Shown piece by piece: positions 36,051 through 46,425 of a stretch of 64,000 nt of DNA (position 1 is its first letter; each line of letters begins with the position of its first letter). This DNA is from an uncultured Actinomycetes bacterium. Its GTDB lineage: Bacteria; Actinomycetota; Thermoleophilia; Gaiellales; Gaiellaceae. Both the position numbers and the translations under genes were made by a program. The notes below the pieces were generated by a model. The model saw only the letters and a list, made by a program, of their open reading frames with translations. It had not been told where the DNA came from and searched no databases. The stretch covers positions 216,609-280,608 of the forward strand of contig CAVSMT010000014.1 in the NCBI GenBank assembly GCA_963729135.1. The letters run 5' to 3'.

Positions 36051-38003
36051 TCAGAGCCCCGCGCACTGCCCGTTGTTGTTGCCGGAGACGGTGTTCCCGC
36101 TTCCGGTCGGCGCCGGGTTGTTGCCGTTGCAGTTCAGGTTCTTGCCGATGGTGTTGCCGCCGACGACCGCGGACGGTCCGCCGGACACCTTGTTGTTCGA
36201 GACCTGCACGTTGCCGCTGATCGAGTTGCCGGACGTGCAGCTCCCGCCGACGCCGATCCACGACGTGGCGTTGTTGTTGTGCACGTTCAGGTTGCCGTCG
36301 ATCATCGCGCCGCAGATCACGTTGGCCGGCCCCGCTGGGGCGTTCGCGATGTCGACGTTGCCGTCGACGATCGTCGGCGCGCCCGTGCTGTCCTGCACGA
36401 GCGAGACCGGGCTCCCCTGCGTGCTGAGGTTGCCGCCGACCGTGACGCCGTTCAGGGTCAGGCTGCCGCCGCCGTCGACGCTGACGTTGCCGTTGACGCT
36501 CGAGTCGGTGAGCGTGCAGCTCGCGCCCTTCTTCACGCGCAGGTTGCCGGTAACGGCTGCGAACGACATCGAGCCGTTGCAGTCGACGTTCTGGTTCTTC
36601 CCGGCGGCCGCGGCGAGCGCGGGCACGAGCCGCGGCGGGTAGACGGTGCCGAGCCCGCTCGCGAGGTCGTAGCCCGGCAGCGCGTCGAAGCCGGGCACGT
36701 GGTACGTGACGCCGTCGCTGTTCGTGAACGGGCCGATGTCGTTGTTGCCCGAGGTCACGTCGACGATGCCGCCGCCGTACGGCGTGTTGTAGAGCGTGTT
36801 GTTGATGACGCCGAGGCCCTGGCCCGCGACCTGGTCGGCCATCGCGACGATGCCGGAGAACTCTGGCGACGCGGCGCTCGTGCCGCCGATGATGTGGTAC
36901 CCCGTGGACACGCCGCCGAACGAGGTGTAGATCCAGACGCCGCCGTCGACGGCGGCGTTCATGCTGATGTCCGGCGTGCCGCGCGCGCCGCCGACGAGCG
37001 ACTTCACGCCGTTCTGGAAGTCCGGCCGCGCGAAAACGTGGCTAGGCCCCCCGCCGCCGGCGCCGAAGCCGTCGTTCCACACGACGTCTGGCGAGAGCCG
37101 GTTGCCGGCGTCGTCGAGGTTCAGCTGCGTGCCCCCGACGCTCGTCACGAGCGGGTCGGCCGACGGCCAGCTGTTCACCTGCATCGGGTACAGGTCCTCG
37201 AGGTTGAGCTCGTAGTCAGTCGAGCCCGTGTCGCCCGACGAGCCGAGCACGGTGACGTTGTTCTTCTGTGCGTTCAGGAAGGCGCTCCGCAGGTCGAAGA
37301 TCGCCTGGTTGTTCGGGAACGTCTCCTCGGTCGCGCCGAAGCTCTGCGAGATCACGTTCGCGAGGTGGTTGTCGATCACGTAGTTCTCGGCCTCCACGAT
37401 CTCGGGGAAGCCCTGGACGCCCTCGGTCTCGCTCACCGGCGTCTCCACGAGCAGGATCTTGGCCTTCGGCGCGACTACGTGCGACCACTCGACGTCGAGG
37501 GTCGTCTCCTCCGCCCAGCCGACCATGTCGCCGTTGGTCGGGTCGAAGGGCGGCACTACTCCCGCCGGCTGGATGATCTGCAGCTCAGGGTCCTGCGCGA
37601 TCGCCGGGTCGACCGGGATGCCGGCCGTGTTCGAGACCCCAAACGTCTGGTCGAACTGGTGCAGGTCGTGGGCGATCGTGGGCGAGCCGAACGAGTCGAC
37701 GATGGCGATCGTCTCGCCGCTCCCGTCGATGCCCGCGGCTTGCAGGCCGCCGAGGGCGTACGCCTTGCTGAACTGGTACGGCGAGTAGCACCGGATGGCG
37801 ATCGTCGCTACGCAGCCCGACGTCGGAAGCGGCTGAACGAGCGTCTTCGCCTGCAGCGGCCTCGCCGCCAGCGGCCAGAACGCCGACCTCTTCGCCGAAC
37901 CGCTTGAGACCCCAGGCGCGCTCGAGACCAACACGAGCGCTGCGAGGGTCGCGCAGGCCACCGCCGCCGCAATCGCAGACCGGCTAACCCCTCTCAATGT
38001 CAT
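36051..38003 (-). CDS. Secreted S53 (sedolisin) family serine peptidase with a C-terminal Asn/Gly-rich repeat domain
   Basis: AGGAGG RBS before ATG 38003 and a signal peptide. Catalytic-region motifs EETTLDVEW, SSGDTG and IIGGTSAASPEFSG. The C-terminal ~170 aa consist of GN(L/V)-type repeats. Confidence 0.85.
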   Translation of the reverse strand: MTLRGVSRSAIAAAVACATLAALVLVSSAPGVSSGSAKRSAFWPLAARPLQAKTLVQPLPTSGCVATIAIRCYSPYQFSKAYALGGLQAAGIDGSGETIAIVDSFGSPTIAHDLHQFDQTFGVSNTAGIPVDPAIAQDPELQIIQPAGVVPPFDPTNGDMVGWAEETTLDVEWSHVVAPKAKILLVETPVSETEGVQGFPEIVEAENYVIDNHLANVISQSFGATEETFPNNQAIFDLRSAFLNAQKNNVTVLGSSGDTGSTDYELNLEDLYPMQVNSWPSADPLVTSVGGTQLNLDDAGNRLSPDVVWNDGFGAGGGGPSHVFARPDFQNGVKSLVGGARGTPDISMNAAVDGGVWIYTSFGGVSTGYHIIGGTSAASPEFSGIVAMADQVAGQGLGVINNTLYNTPYGGGIVDVTSGNNDIGPFTNSDGVTYHVPGFDALPGYDLASGLGTVYPPRLVPALAAAAGKNQNVDCNGSMSFAAVTGNLRVKKGASCTLTDSSVNGNVSVDGGGSLTLNGVTVGGNLSTQGSPVSLVQDSTGAPTIVDGNVDIANAPAGPANVICGAMIDGNLNVHNNNATSWIGVGGSCTSGNSISGNVQVSNNKVSGGPSAVVGGNTIGKNLNCNGNNPAPTGSGNTVSGNNNGQCAGL

Positions 38004-38441
38004 GCTTCCTCCTTGACTGGCACCCGCCATGGGTGCATGTGTGCTGCCGGGAGTCTCAAGAAGATCACGGCGACATGCAACTCGTGGCGCGCCGGGAGGA
38101 AGAGCGCGCGGGGGAGACATCGTTTCCCCCGCGGCCGCGGACGGGGAGGGACTTGAACCGCCTCGCCTCGGCTCCGAGGAGGACGGAGGCACGTCGGCAC
38201 TGTCGGTGTTGCGCGGTGGCGTTGTTGCGGCCGAGGATCGGGATCGGGTGTCCGTCGGAGAAGGCGAAGGGGAAGGGTTGCGACGGTGTGACCGGCGCCG
38301 TCGCGGCGCCGACGCGCCCCGATCCTCGTTCCGGTGATCGCGCCGCGCCGGCGAGAGGCGCGCCGTCGTCAGACGTGCGTCGGTGCACGAAACGAGGACG
38401 GACGTTTCACGCCGCACGAGTAGCTCTGCGTCAGGGCTTGC

Positions 38442-38627
38442 CTAGCGCACGGTCCGCGCTTGCAAGAACACCCAGGTCGCTCCTGCGGCCGCTGCCGCCG
38501 AGACCACCCCGAACACCCAGTGTCCGCTGGCCAGGAACACCAGCGCCAAGACCACGAGAACGCCCGCGATCAAACCTGCTCGCCGGAGGATGCGCCGGCG
38601 CGCCTGGCCTCTCCCGCTGACGCTCAT
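38442..38627 (-). CDS. Small hypothetical two-TM membrane protein
   Basis: 61-aa ORF with a basic N-terminus followed by two hydrophobic helices. No family recognised. Confidence 0.3.
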   Translation of the reverse strand: MSVSGRGQARRRILRRAGLIAGVLVVLALVFLASGHWVFGVVSAAAAAGATWVFLQARTVR

Positions 38628-38829
38628 CGAGTCACCCTACCGTCTGGTCTCACCGACGATGCCCCAGCGCTCGGGCCAGCGCGACCCGGCAGCGCGGCCG
38701 GGTTCAGTGGCCCGCTCGCCACCACCAGCTGGCCGCTGGGCTTGGTGTCGTGGTCGCCGTTGGAACGGTGGGAGGGACGTTGCCAGGCTACCGTCCGTCG
38801 CCTGAGGGTTGCTAGGAGGCGTGACGTGG

Positions 38830-39613
38830 TCATGAGGACGGCGGCGCGGGCTTGAAGCCGGGGGAATGACGATCCCGAAGTGAGCGAGGTTCGCGCGGGT
38901 GCGAGGGAGCCAGGTGAAGTCGTTGCTCACCATGATCGTCGGGCCGACGGGACGCGCGTGCAGGCGATCGCCGAGGGTGTGCGGAAGGCGACTTCTTCGT
39001 ACACCGGGAGGTAGGTGGACTGGTCGATCCACATGTCAATCGTCGACGGTAGTGGCACGTCGGTGACGAAGTGGAGGTGAAGCGTTGACCGCCCGTCGAT
39101 GGTCGCGCGGCCGAGGAGCGAGATCGGTGGCGCGGGCCCGAAGTTCGTGAACGGGTCGAGGTCGCAGTTGCAAGCCGTAGAGGGGTCTGGCGGTCTTGGG
39201 CACCGGCTCGCCGGACATCCGACGGAGCCGGTTTGCACTGACCACGTCTTCGAGTCGTGCGAAAACGTCAACGTGCGAGTGGTCATCGAGTTGCTCCCCG
39301 GGGAGGAGCGCGTGGTCTCGGTTTCGAGGCGCCCTCGCGTGTCGTAGTCGAGTCTGCGCTGCCGCCCGTCGGCGAGATCGGCCCATTCCACGGCGGTGGC
39401 GTACCGCGTCGTCGTCGTCGTCGTACGCCAGTGGACATGCAAGAGCGTCGTCCTCGGCGCTTTCGCGAGCGCGTTCGCGAGGTCGCGCTCGATGGCTCGG
39501 ATCGTCGGAGGATGGCCGGTAGGCGGCGCGCCCTGCGCTGCGGTCGCGAGTGGCACAACCCGTACGGCAACGACGAAGGCCGCTACAAGCAGCCACCAAC
39601 GCGAGAGCCTCAC
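38830..39613 (-). pseudogene. Hypothetical secreted protein, reading frame broken near 38930-39040; lower-GC region
   Basis: Signal peptide MRLSRWWLLVAAFVVAVRVVPLATAAQG. The coding signal continues in other frames after the stop at about 38927 (..MVSNDFTWLPRTRANLAHFGIVIPP..). Confidence 0.3.
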
Positions 39614-39979
39614 GCCGCGAGAATACGACGGCTCGAATCGGGTAGCGACGGCGCGTACTCGACGACGTACACGGCACGACAGTCTATGAGTGCAGTCCTT
39701 CGCCTCGGTTCGTTGCGCTGACCGTCGATGCCATGGTCGTGAAGCAAGCGGACCAGCTCGTCGCGGTCGTGAGGACCGACGATGCTCGCCGGCGCAATCG
39801 GACGAGAGGCTCGACCTTGCCTTTGTCCTCTTCTCAGCTTCGTTCTTTCAGCCCTCGACGGACCCGCGGTTCCCTGGCGGCGCTCGACCACCCTCCCCGC
39901 GCGTCAGTGCGCGCCTAGCAGGAGCCGTTTTCAGCGGTCTCAGCCGGTTCAGTGGACTCTGCGAGACGGAAGACCGGGA

Positions 39980-40016
39980 GGCTCGCAAACCCAGTCGCTA
40001 TGCGGGTTTGCGAGCC
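39980..40016 (-). terminator. Hairpin (13-bp perfect stem) 7 nt downstream of tRNA-Ser(CGA)
   Basis: GGCTCGCAAACCC-11 nt-GGGTTTGCGAGCC. Confidence 0.5.
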
Positions 40017-40023
40017 TTAGAGA

Positions 40024-40111
40024 GCGGAGGGGAGAGGATTTGAACCTCCGATCCGCTTGCACGGATAACGGTTTTCGAGACCGCCGCATTCGACCGCTCT
40101 GCCACCCCTCC
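40024..40111 (-). tRNA. tRNA-Ser (anticodon CGA)
   Basis: Manual fold: acceptor GGAGGGG/CCCCTCC, anticodon stem GCGGT/ACCGT with loop CU-CGA-AA, a long variable arm (ATCCG..CGGAT) and T-arm GGAGG-TTCAAAT-CCTCT. CCA is not encoded. Confidence 0.9.
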
Positions 40112-40146
40112 GGGACGCGAAGCGTAGCGGCGACGGCCCGCGGCTA

Positions 40147-40237
40147 CGGAGAAGGAGGGATTCGAACCCTCGAGGCAGGGATTTCCCCACCTAACGCCTT
40201 AGCAGGGCGCCGCCTTCAGCCACTCGGCCACTTCTCC
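40147..40237 (-). tRNA. tRNA-Ser (anticodon GCT)
   Basis: Manual fold: acceptor GGAGAAG/CTTCTCC, anticodon stem GCGCC/GGCGT with loop CU-GCU-AA, a long variable arm and T-arm GAGGG-TTCGAAT-CCCTC. Confidence 0.9.
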
Positions 40238-40370
40238 GGGCGGGTCCGATCCCGGACCCCGGCCCTGAGTGTAACCGGGACCCGGGCGCGTTCCCCGGGC
40301 GAAGCCGGCCGGGCGGCGCGCTCGCCGTCCGGCCGTCGTCACCGATCCCGGTCCCCGGTTCGCGGTCGCC

Positions 40371-40772
40371 TCAGGCGAGTGCCTTCGCCTTGAGCGCATC
40401 GAACTCGGCCTGCGTGATCGCGCCCGAGTCGAGGAGGCCCTTCGCCTGCGCGATCTGGTCCGCCGCGCCCCCACCGCCGCCGCTCCCGGCGGTCTGGCGA
40501 ATGTACGCGTCCATGCTCGCCTGCTGGGACTGGGCCTGCTGCATGTTCCGCTCGGCCATGCCCGAGCCGTTCGCGATCAGGTAGATCAGCACGCCGAGGA
40601 ACGGCGCGATGATCACGAAGACGATCCACAGCGCCTTCTTCCCGCCGCTCGCGTCGTGCCGGCGGAAGAGGTCGGAGAAGACCGTGATCAGCAGCCAGAA
40701 CCAGATGATCCAGGCGAAGATCACGAGCATCGTCCAGAGGACGTCGAGGAACGGGTAGCTCGATGCGAGCAT
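40371..40772 (-). CDS. PLDc_N + SHOCT domain membrane protein
   Basis: GGAG RBS. Two TM helices with WIVFVIIAPFLGVLIYL (PLDc_N-like). C-terminal SHOCT motif LLDSGAITQAEFDALKAKAL. Confidence 0.7.
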   Translation of the reverse strand: MLASSYPFLDVLWTMLVIFAWIIWFWLLITVFSDLFRRHDASGGKKALWIVFVIIAPFLGVLIYLIANGSGMAERNMQQAQSQQASMDAYIRQTAGSGGGGGAADQIAQAKGLLDSGAITQAEFDALKAKALA

Positions 40773-40998
40773 ATGGACTCCTTTCAGAACTGATGGATCG
40801 ACGGTAGGCGAGCGCTCAGCGGCGCCGATCCCGACGGGCGAGACGCCCTGGTAACTCGGCGGTATTCCGATTCCCTGCTCACGGCGCGCATCCTGCCAGG
40901 TCGCCCGTACGGCCGCATCCCGGAGAGCCCGCCGTCGTGAATCATGGGGAGGCCCTTCCGGGCCCCGACGAGGAGACCGCTCACGAGAGAGGACGGCG

Positions 40999-41388
40999 AT
41001 GGCGACACTGACCGACACGCAGGCCAGGCTCCTGCTCGACGCGAACTTCGCGGTCGTGACGACGCTCCGGCGGGACGGCGCGCCGCACTCGACGATCGTG
41101 TGGATCGACTGGGACGGCGAGAACGCCGTCTTCAACACGACGATGTTCCGCGCCAAGGGCCACAACCTGACCCGCGACCCGCGCGTGACCGTGACCGTGT
41201 GGGATCGCGAGGACCCGTACCGGTACCTCTCGATCGAGGGCAACGCGGAGCTCGACACGACGGGCGCGGACGAGCACATCGAGAAGCTCGCGCAGCAGTA
41301 CTGGGGCGAGAGCTACGCGAACCCGCGCGAGCGCGTGATCGTCCGCGTCCGGCCCGAGCGCGTGTACGTGTACGGCTTCGGCGAGTGA
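40999..41388 (+). CDS. PPOX-class (pyridoxamine 5'-phosphate oxidase-like) F420-dependent oxidoreductase
   Basis: LLLDANFAVVTTLRRDGAPHSTIVW..FNTT..KGHNLTRDPRVTVTVWD..YLSIEG. About 130 aa. Confidence 0.7.
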   Translation: MATLTDTQARLLLDANFAVVTTLRRDGAPHSTIVWIDWDGENAVFNTTMFRAKGHNLTRDPRVTVTVWDREDPYRYLSIEGNAELDTTGADEHIEKLAQQYWGESYANPRERVIVRVRPERVYVYGFGE

Positions 41389-42264
41389 CGCGCGTCGTCG
41401 TCTGCGACGTCGGGCCGCGCGACGGGCTCCAGAACGAGCCCGACGTGCTGCCGCCCGCGACGAGGGCGGAGCTCGTCTCGCGCCTGGGGGCAGCGGGGCT
41501 CCCGCGGATCGAGGCGGTCTCGTTCGTGCGCGACGAGCTCGTGCCCCAGATGGCCGGTGCGGAGGAGGTCGTCGCGGCCGCGGAGCGCGGCCGCGCCGAG
41601 CTCGCTGGCCTCGTCCTCAACGAGCGCGGGTACGAGCGGTTCGCGGCGGCGCCGCTCGACCGGCTCGACGTCACGCTCGCGGCGACCGACGCGTTCAACC
41701 GGCGGAACGCGAACGCGTCGCTCGAGGGGGCGGTCGCCCGCGTGCGGGCCGTCCTCGCAAGCAACAACTCGTCAGTTTCGCGGCCTGCGACCGTGACAGT
41801 CTCGTGCGCGTTCGGCTGCCCGTTCGAGGGCGAGGTCGACCCGGGCGCGGTCGCCGACCTCTGCGAGCGGGTCGGCGGCGACGAGCTCGTCCTGGCGGAC
41901 ACGATCGGGGTCGCGACGCCGCGCCGCGTGCGGCGGCTCGTCGAGCGCGTCGCGATTCTCGGCCGGCCGGTCGGCTTCCACGGCCACAACACGCGCAACA
42001 CCGGCTACGCGTCCGCGTGGGCGGCGCTCGAGGGCGGCGCGACCGTCCTCGACGCGTCGGTCGGCGGCCTCGGCGGCTGCCCGTTCTCGCCCGGGGCGAC
42101 CGGGAACGTCGCGACGGAGGATCTCGTCTGGCAGCTCGGGTCGCGAAGGCGTCGAGACCGGCGTCGATCTCGACGCGCTAGTCGAGGTCGCGCACTGGCT
42201 CGAGGGCCTGCTCGGACGGCGGCTCGAGGGCCAGCTCCACCGGGCGTCTCGCTGGCCCGGGTGA
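41385..42264 (+). CDS. Hydroxymethylglutaryl-CoA lyase family enzyme; frame break near 42138-42145
   Basis: GTGA overlap with the upstream gene. VGPRDGLQNE, ADTIGVATP, HGHNTRNTGYA and GGLGGCPFSPGATGNVATEDL. The C-terminus, EGVETGVDLDALVEVAHWLE, is in the +1 frame. Confidence 0.8.
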
Positions 42265-42282
42265 CGCGGGTACGGTGGCCGC

Positions 42283-44167
42283 GTGAACCGCCTCGCCGCC
42301 GAGTCGAGCCCGTACCTGCTCCAGCACGCCGGCAACCCGGTCGACTGGTACCCGTGGGGCGACGAGGCGCTGGCGCGCGCGCGGGACGAGGACCGGCCGA
42401 TCCTCCTCTCGGTCGGGTACTCGGCCTGTCACTGGTGCCACGTGATGGAGCGCGAGTCGTTCGAGGATCCGGCGACCGCCGCGCTGATGAACGAGCACTT
42501 CGTCAACGTGAAGGTCGATCGCGAGGAGCGCCCGGACGTCGACGCGGTCTACATGGACGCGGTCGTCGCGCTGACCGGGCAGGGCGGCTGGCCGATGACG
42601 GTCTTCCTCACGCCGGCGGCCGAGCCCTTCTTCGCCGGGACGTACTTCCCGCCCGAGTCGCGGTTCGGGATGCCGGCGTTCCGCGACGTGCTCGGCGCCG
42701 TCGCGGAGAGCTGGCGCGAGCGACGCGAGCGGATCGACGAGACCGCGGCCGCGATCGTCGCGCACCTCGGCTCGACGGTCGCCGCCGCGGGCGCCGCGCC
42801 CGGAGCCGACGTGCTCGAGGCGGCGGTGCGCGGAATGCACGACGGGTTCGACCCGCAGTGGGGCGGCTGGGGCTTCGCGCCGAAGTTCCCCGCCGCATCG
42901 ACGCTCGAGCTTCTGCTGCGGCGCGGCGAGACCAAGCTCGTCGAGACGACGCTCAACCGGATGGCCGCCGGCGGCATGTACGACCTCGTCGGCGGCGGCT
43001 TCCACCGCTACTCGGTCGACGAGCGCTGGCTCGTGCCGCACTTCGAGAAGATGCTCTACGACAACGCGCAGCTCGCGGTCGCATACCTCCACGGCTTCCT
43101 CGTCCTCGGCCACGAGCACTACCGGCGCGTGGCGACGCACACGGTCGAGTACATGCTTCGCGAGCTGTCGCTCGACGGCGGCGGGCTCGCCTCGGCGCAG
43201 GACGCCGACACGAACGGCGTCGAGGGGCTCACGTTCACGTGGGCCCCGGGCGAGGGTGCGCCCGACGAGCTGCTGCAGCCGTTCGAGGACGGCCGCTCCG
43301 TCCTCCGGGGTCGGCTCGACGAGGAGACGCGCGCGCACCTCTTCGAGCTCCGCGAGCTGCGGCCGAAGCCGCTCCGCGACGACAAGGCGATCGCCTCGTG
43401 GAACGGGCTCGCGCTCGCGGCGCTCGCCGAGTGCGGGCGGTTCCTCGACCGGCCCGACTGGATCGACGCGGCGCGCCGCCTCGGCGACTTCCTGCTCGGG
43501 CCGCTCTCGACCGCGGACGGCCGCCTCCACCGCACGTGGCGCGAGGGCGCCGCGAAGGGCACCGGCTACCTCGACGACTACGCGAACGTCGCGAACGGGC
43601 TCTACGAGCTGCACGTCGCGACGGGCGAGCCGCGCTGGCTCGGGGAGGCGCACCGGCTCGCGCGGCTCGCGGTCGAGCTCTTCGCCGACGGGGAAGGCGG
43701 CGGCTTCTTCCAGGCGCCGGCCGACGGCGAGCGGCTCGTCGTCCGCCGGAAGGAGCTCGACGACCACCCGGCGCCGAGCGGGAACGCGATGCTCGCGTAC
43801 GTGCTCCTCCGGCTCGCGCGGATCTACGGCGACGACGGGCTCGAGGAGCACGCGCTCTCGGCGCTCGGCCTCGCGGGGCCTGCGCTCGTGCGCGCGCCGT
43901 CGGCGTTCGGCTGGATGCTCGTCGCGCTCGACCTCCACCTCGCGCCGAGGCGCGAGCTCGCGATCGTCGGGCCGCCGGGCTCGGAGGTCGCCCGGGCCGC
44001 GCTCGGCGCGCTGGGACCCGACCGCGGTCGTCGCCTTCGGGCCGGCCGACGGCGTGCCGCTCCTCGACGGGAAGACGCTCGTGGACGGTCGGCCCGCCGT
44101 GTACGTCTGCGAGCGCTTCGCGTGCCGCGCGCCGGTCGTCGACCCGGCCGGCCTCGCGACGGCCTGA
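42283..44167 (+). CDS. Thioredoxin-domain protein YyaL (DUF255 + six-hairpin glycosidase-like); frame break near 44000-44015
   Basis: [42 protein letters not shown] and [11 protein letters not shown]. The tail, [32 protein letters not shown], is in the +1 frame. Confidence 0.85.
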
Positions 44168-44299
44168 CCTCCCGCGGCCCGAAGATCACCCGTTCGAGTT
44201 AGGTCTGTACCCGCTTCGCGGGATGGGCCGGACCGTCCCGATCCGCTTTGCTCAGAGCACGTGGCGCGGTAGCCACATCCGACGCAGGAGGTCTGGGAC

Positions 44300-44398
44300 T
44301 TGACGCGCTGGAAGCTGATGACCATGCAGATCGCGCCCGTCGTGGCCGCGGTCGTCTCGTTCGCGATCGCCACCGGCTCGGGCGCTCGCTGGACCTGA
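44300..44398 (+). CDS. Small upstream ORF (32 aa, hydrophobic) preceding the GGDEF/HD-GYP gene
   Basis: AGGAGG sits 8 nt before TTG 44300. It encodes MTRWKLMTMQIAPVVAAVVSFAIATGSGARWT. The stop lies 2 nt before ATG 44401. It is below the ORF-track length cutoff. Confidence 0.25.
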   Translation: MTRWKLMTMQIAPVVAAVVSFAIATGSGARWT

Positions 44399-44400
44399 GC

Positions 44401-46425
44401 ATGCAGGTCCGAAACGGCACCGGGGGTATGCCGAGGATCCTGAAGCTCGGTGAGGCGCTGCCGCCGCGGCTGCGCCGGCACGTCCTGGCGACGATCGCCG
44501 TGGGCGTCCCGGTCGTGGCCGCGGCGGCGGCCGTCTCGGCGCGCAGCGTGCCGAGCCTGCGCACGATCGCCGGGGTCGCGACGTTCTTCTGCCTGACGGT
44601 GCTGGCGGAGTGGCGGCCGGTGCCGATCGACACGGAGGGTGACCGCCTCGTCTCGCTCGCGTTCGTCTTCATCGTCGCGAGCGAGATCCTGTTCGGCTGG
44701 CAGTGGGCGGTCCCGGTCGGCGCGCTCGGGATCGGCCTCGTGATGGCGCTCGAGCGGGTCGAGCCGCTCAAGGCGATCTTCAACGGCGCCGCGTACGCGA
44801 TCGCGGCCGGGCTCGCGGCCGTTCCGCTCCTGCTCGAGGACGACCGGCGCCAGAGCTACGCGCTCCTGGCGCTGACGGTCGTCGCGTCGGGGGCGATCTT
44901 CGTGCTCGTGAACGTCGCGCTCGTCTGCGCGGCGATCGCGCTCGCGGCGGGGACGAGGGTGCGCGAGGTCTTCGCCGACCACCTCCGCTACTCCGGCCCG
45001 ATCTTCGCGATCGCGGTCCTCGTCGCGGCTCAGGCGGTGATCCTGTGGCGCGTGTCGGCACCGCTCGTGCTGCTCCTCAGCGCGCCGCTCTTCGCGCTCA
45101 CGCTGTACCAGCGCTCGTCCGTCCGCGGCCGGGTGGCCGAGAAGGCGGCCTCGACGGACAGCCTCACGTGCCTCAAGAACCGCCGCGCGTTCGAGGAGGA
45201 CGCCGCGCGCCGGCTCGACGTCGGGGCCGTGACGCTGTGCCTGATCGACGTCGACCGCTTCAAGCAGGTCAACGACCGCTACGGGCACCCGACGGGCGAC
45301 GCCGTCCTCGCGCGCCTCGCCTGCGCGCTCGAGGAGACCGCCCCGGGGCGGGGCTACCGGCTCGGCGGCGACGAGTTCGCGCTCCTGCTCGAGCCGTCCG
45401 AGCACGGCGACGCGCTGGCGGAGGTGCAGCGGCGCTTCGCCGCCGCGCAGGCTCGGCTCGCCGAGCTCGCGGAGCCCGTGACGATCAGCGCGGGCGTGGC
45501 GTCCTCCGCCGGGCGCGCCGACGACCTGCACGCGCTGCACAAGCGCGCGGACATGGCCCTCTACCGGAGCAAGTACAACGGGCGCGCGAAGGTCTCCGTG
45601 TGCGGCGGCGCGGACGCGCTCGGCGACGATCCCGCCTCCGCCGGCGGGGCGCTCGGCCGCCTGCTCGGGGCGGGCGGGCTCGGCACGGCCGGCCGGCTCG
45701 CCGCGCTCGTCGACGCCGTGGTCGACGCGTCCGCACGCGAGCGCGGCCTGATCCCGGCCACCGGGCTCTCGGACGCGCTCGACCGCTGGAGCGTCTCGAA
45801 CGGCGACCACTCGCGCGCCGTCGCCTCGCTCGCCGTCGCGCTCGCGCGGCGGCTCGGGGTGGTGGGCGAGGAGCTCGCGCACGTCGAGCTCGCGGCGCTC
45901 CTCCACGACGTCGGCAAGGTCGCGGTCCCCGACCGGGTGCTGAGCAAGCCGGGGCCGCTGACCGACGAGGAGCGGGCCCTCGTCGAGCGGCACCCGGTCG
46001 TCGGCTACGAGCTCCTGCGCGACCTCGGGATCGCCGGGGCGGCGACGTTCGTCCTCCACCACCACGAGCGCTGGGACGGCACCGGCTACCCGCACCGGCT
46101 CGCCGGCGCCGAGATCCCGTTCGGCGCGCGGATCGTCCTCGTCGCGGACGCGTTCGACGCGCTCACCTCGGACCGGGCCCACCGGCCGGCCGTCTCGGTC
46201 GAGGCGGCGATCGACGAGGTGCGGAGCGAGAGCGGCCGGCAGTTCGACCCGCTCGTCGCCTCGGCGCTGCACGAGCACTTCGCCCATCCCGAGCGCGGGC
46301 TCGCGGGCGCCGCCGGCGGGCAGGTCGTCCGGTTCCCGCGCGAGGAAGGAGCAGCGCCGCGAGGGTCGAATCTCCTACGACCGTGCGCGGGGGGTCGCTC
46401 ACCGGGGTCGCGCTCGCGCTTGTAG
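44401..46425 (+). CDS. Membrane-anchored GGDEF + HD-GYP domain protein (c-di-GMP synthase/phosphodiesterase)
   Basis: About 6 TM helices. DSLTCLKNRR..DVDRFKQVNDRYGHPTGD..RLGGDEFAL, then LHDVGKVAVPD and HHHERWDGTGYP. Confidence 0.85.
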   Translation: MQVRNGTGGMPRILKLGEALPPRLRRHVLATIAVGVPVVAAAAAVSARSVPSLRTIAGVATFFCLTVLAEWRPVPIDTEGDRLVSLAFVFIVASEILFGWQWAVPVGALGIGLVMALERVEPLKAIFNGAAYAIAAGLAAVPLLLEDDRRQSYALLALTVVASGAIFVLVNVALVCAAIALAAGTRVREVFADHLRYSGPIFAIAVLVAAQAVILWRVSAPLVLLLSAPLFALTLYQRSSVRGRVAEKAASTDSLTCLKNRRAFEEDAARRLDVGAVTLCLIDVDRFKQVNDRYGHPTGDAVLARLACALEETAPGRGYRLGGDEFALLLEPSEHGDALAEVQRRFAAAQARLAELAEPVTISAGVASSAGRADDLHALHKRADMALYRSKYNGRAKVSVCGGADALGDDPASAGGALGRLLGAGGLGTAGRLAALVDAVVDASARERGLIPATGLSDALDRWSVSNGDHSRAVASLAVALARRLGVVGEELAHVELAALLHDVGKVAVPDRVLSKPGPLTDEERALVERHPVVGYELLRDLGIAGAATFVLHHHERWDGTGYPHRLAGAEIPFGARIVLVADAFDALTSDRAHRPAVSVEAAIDEVRSESGRQFDPLVASALHEHFAHPERGLAGAAGGQVVRFPREEGAAPRGSNLLRPCAGGRSPGSRSRL

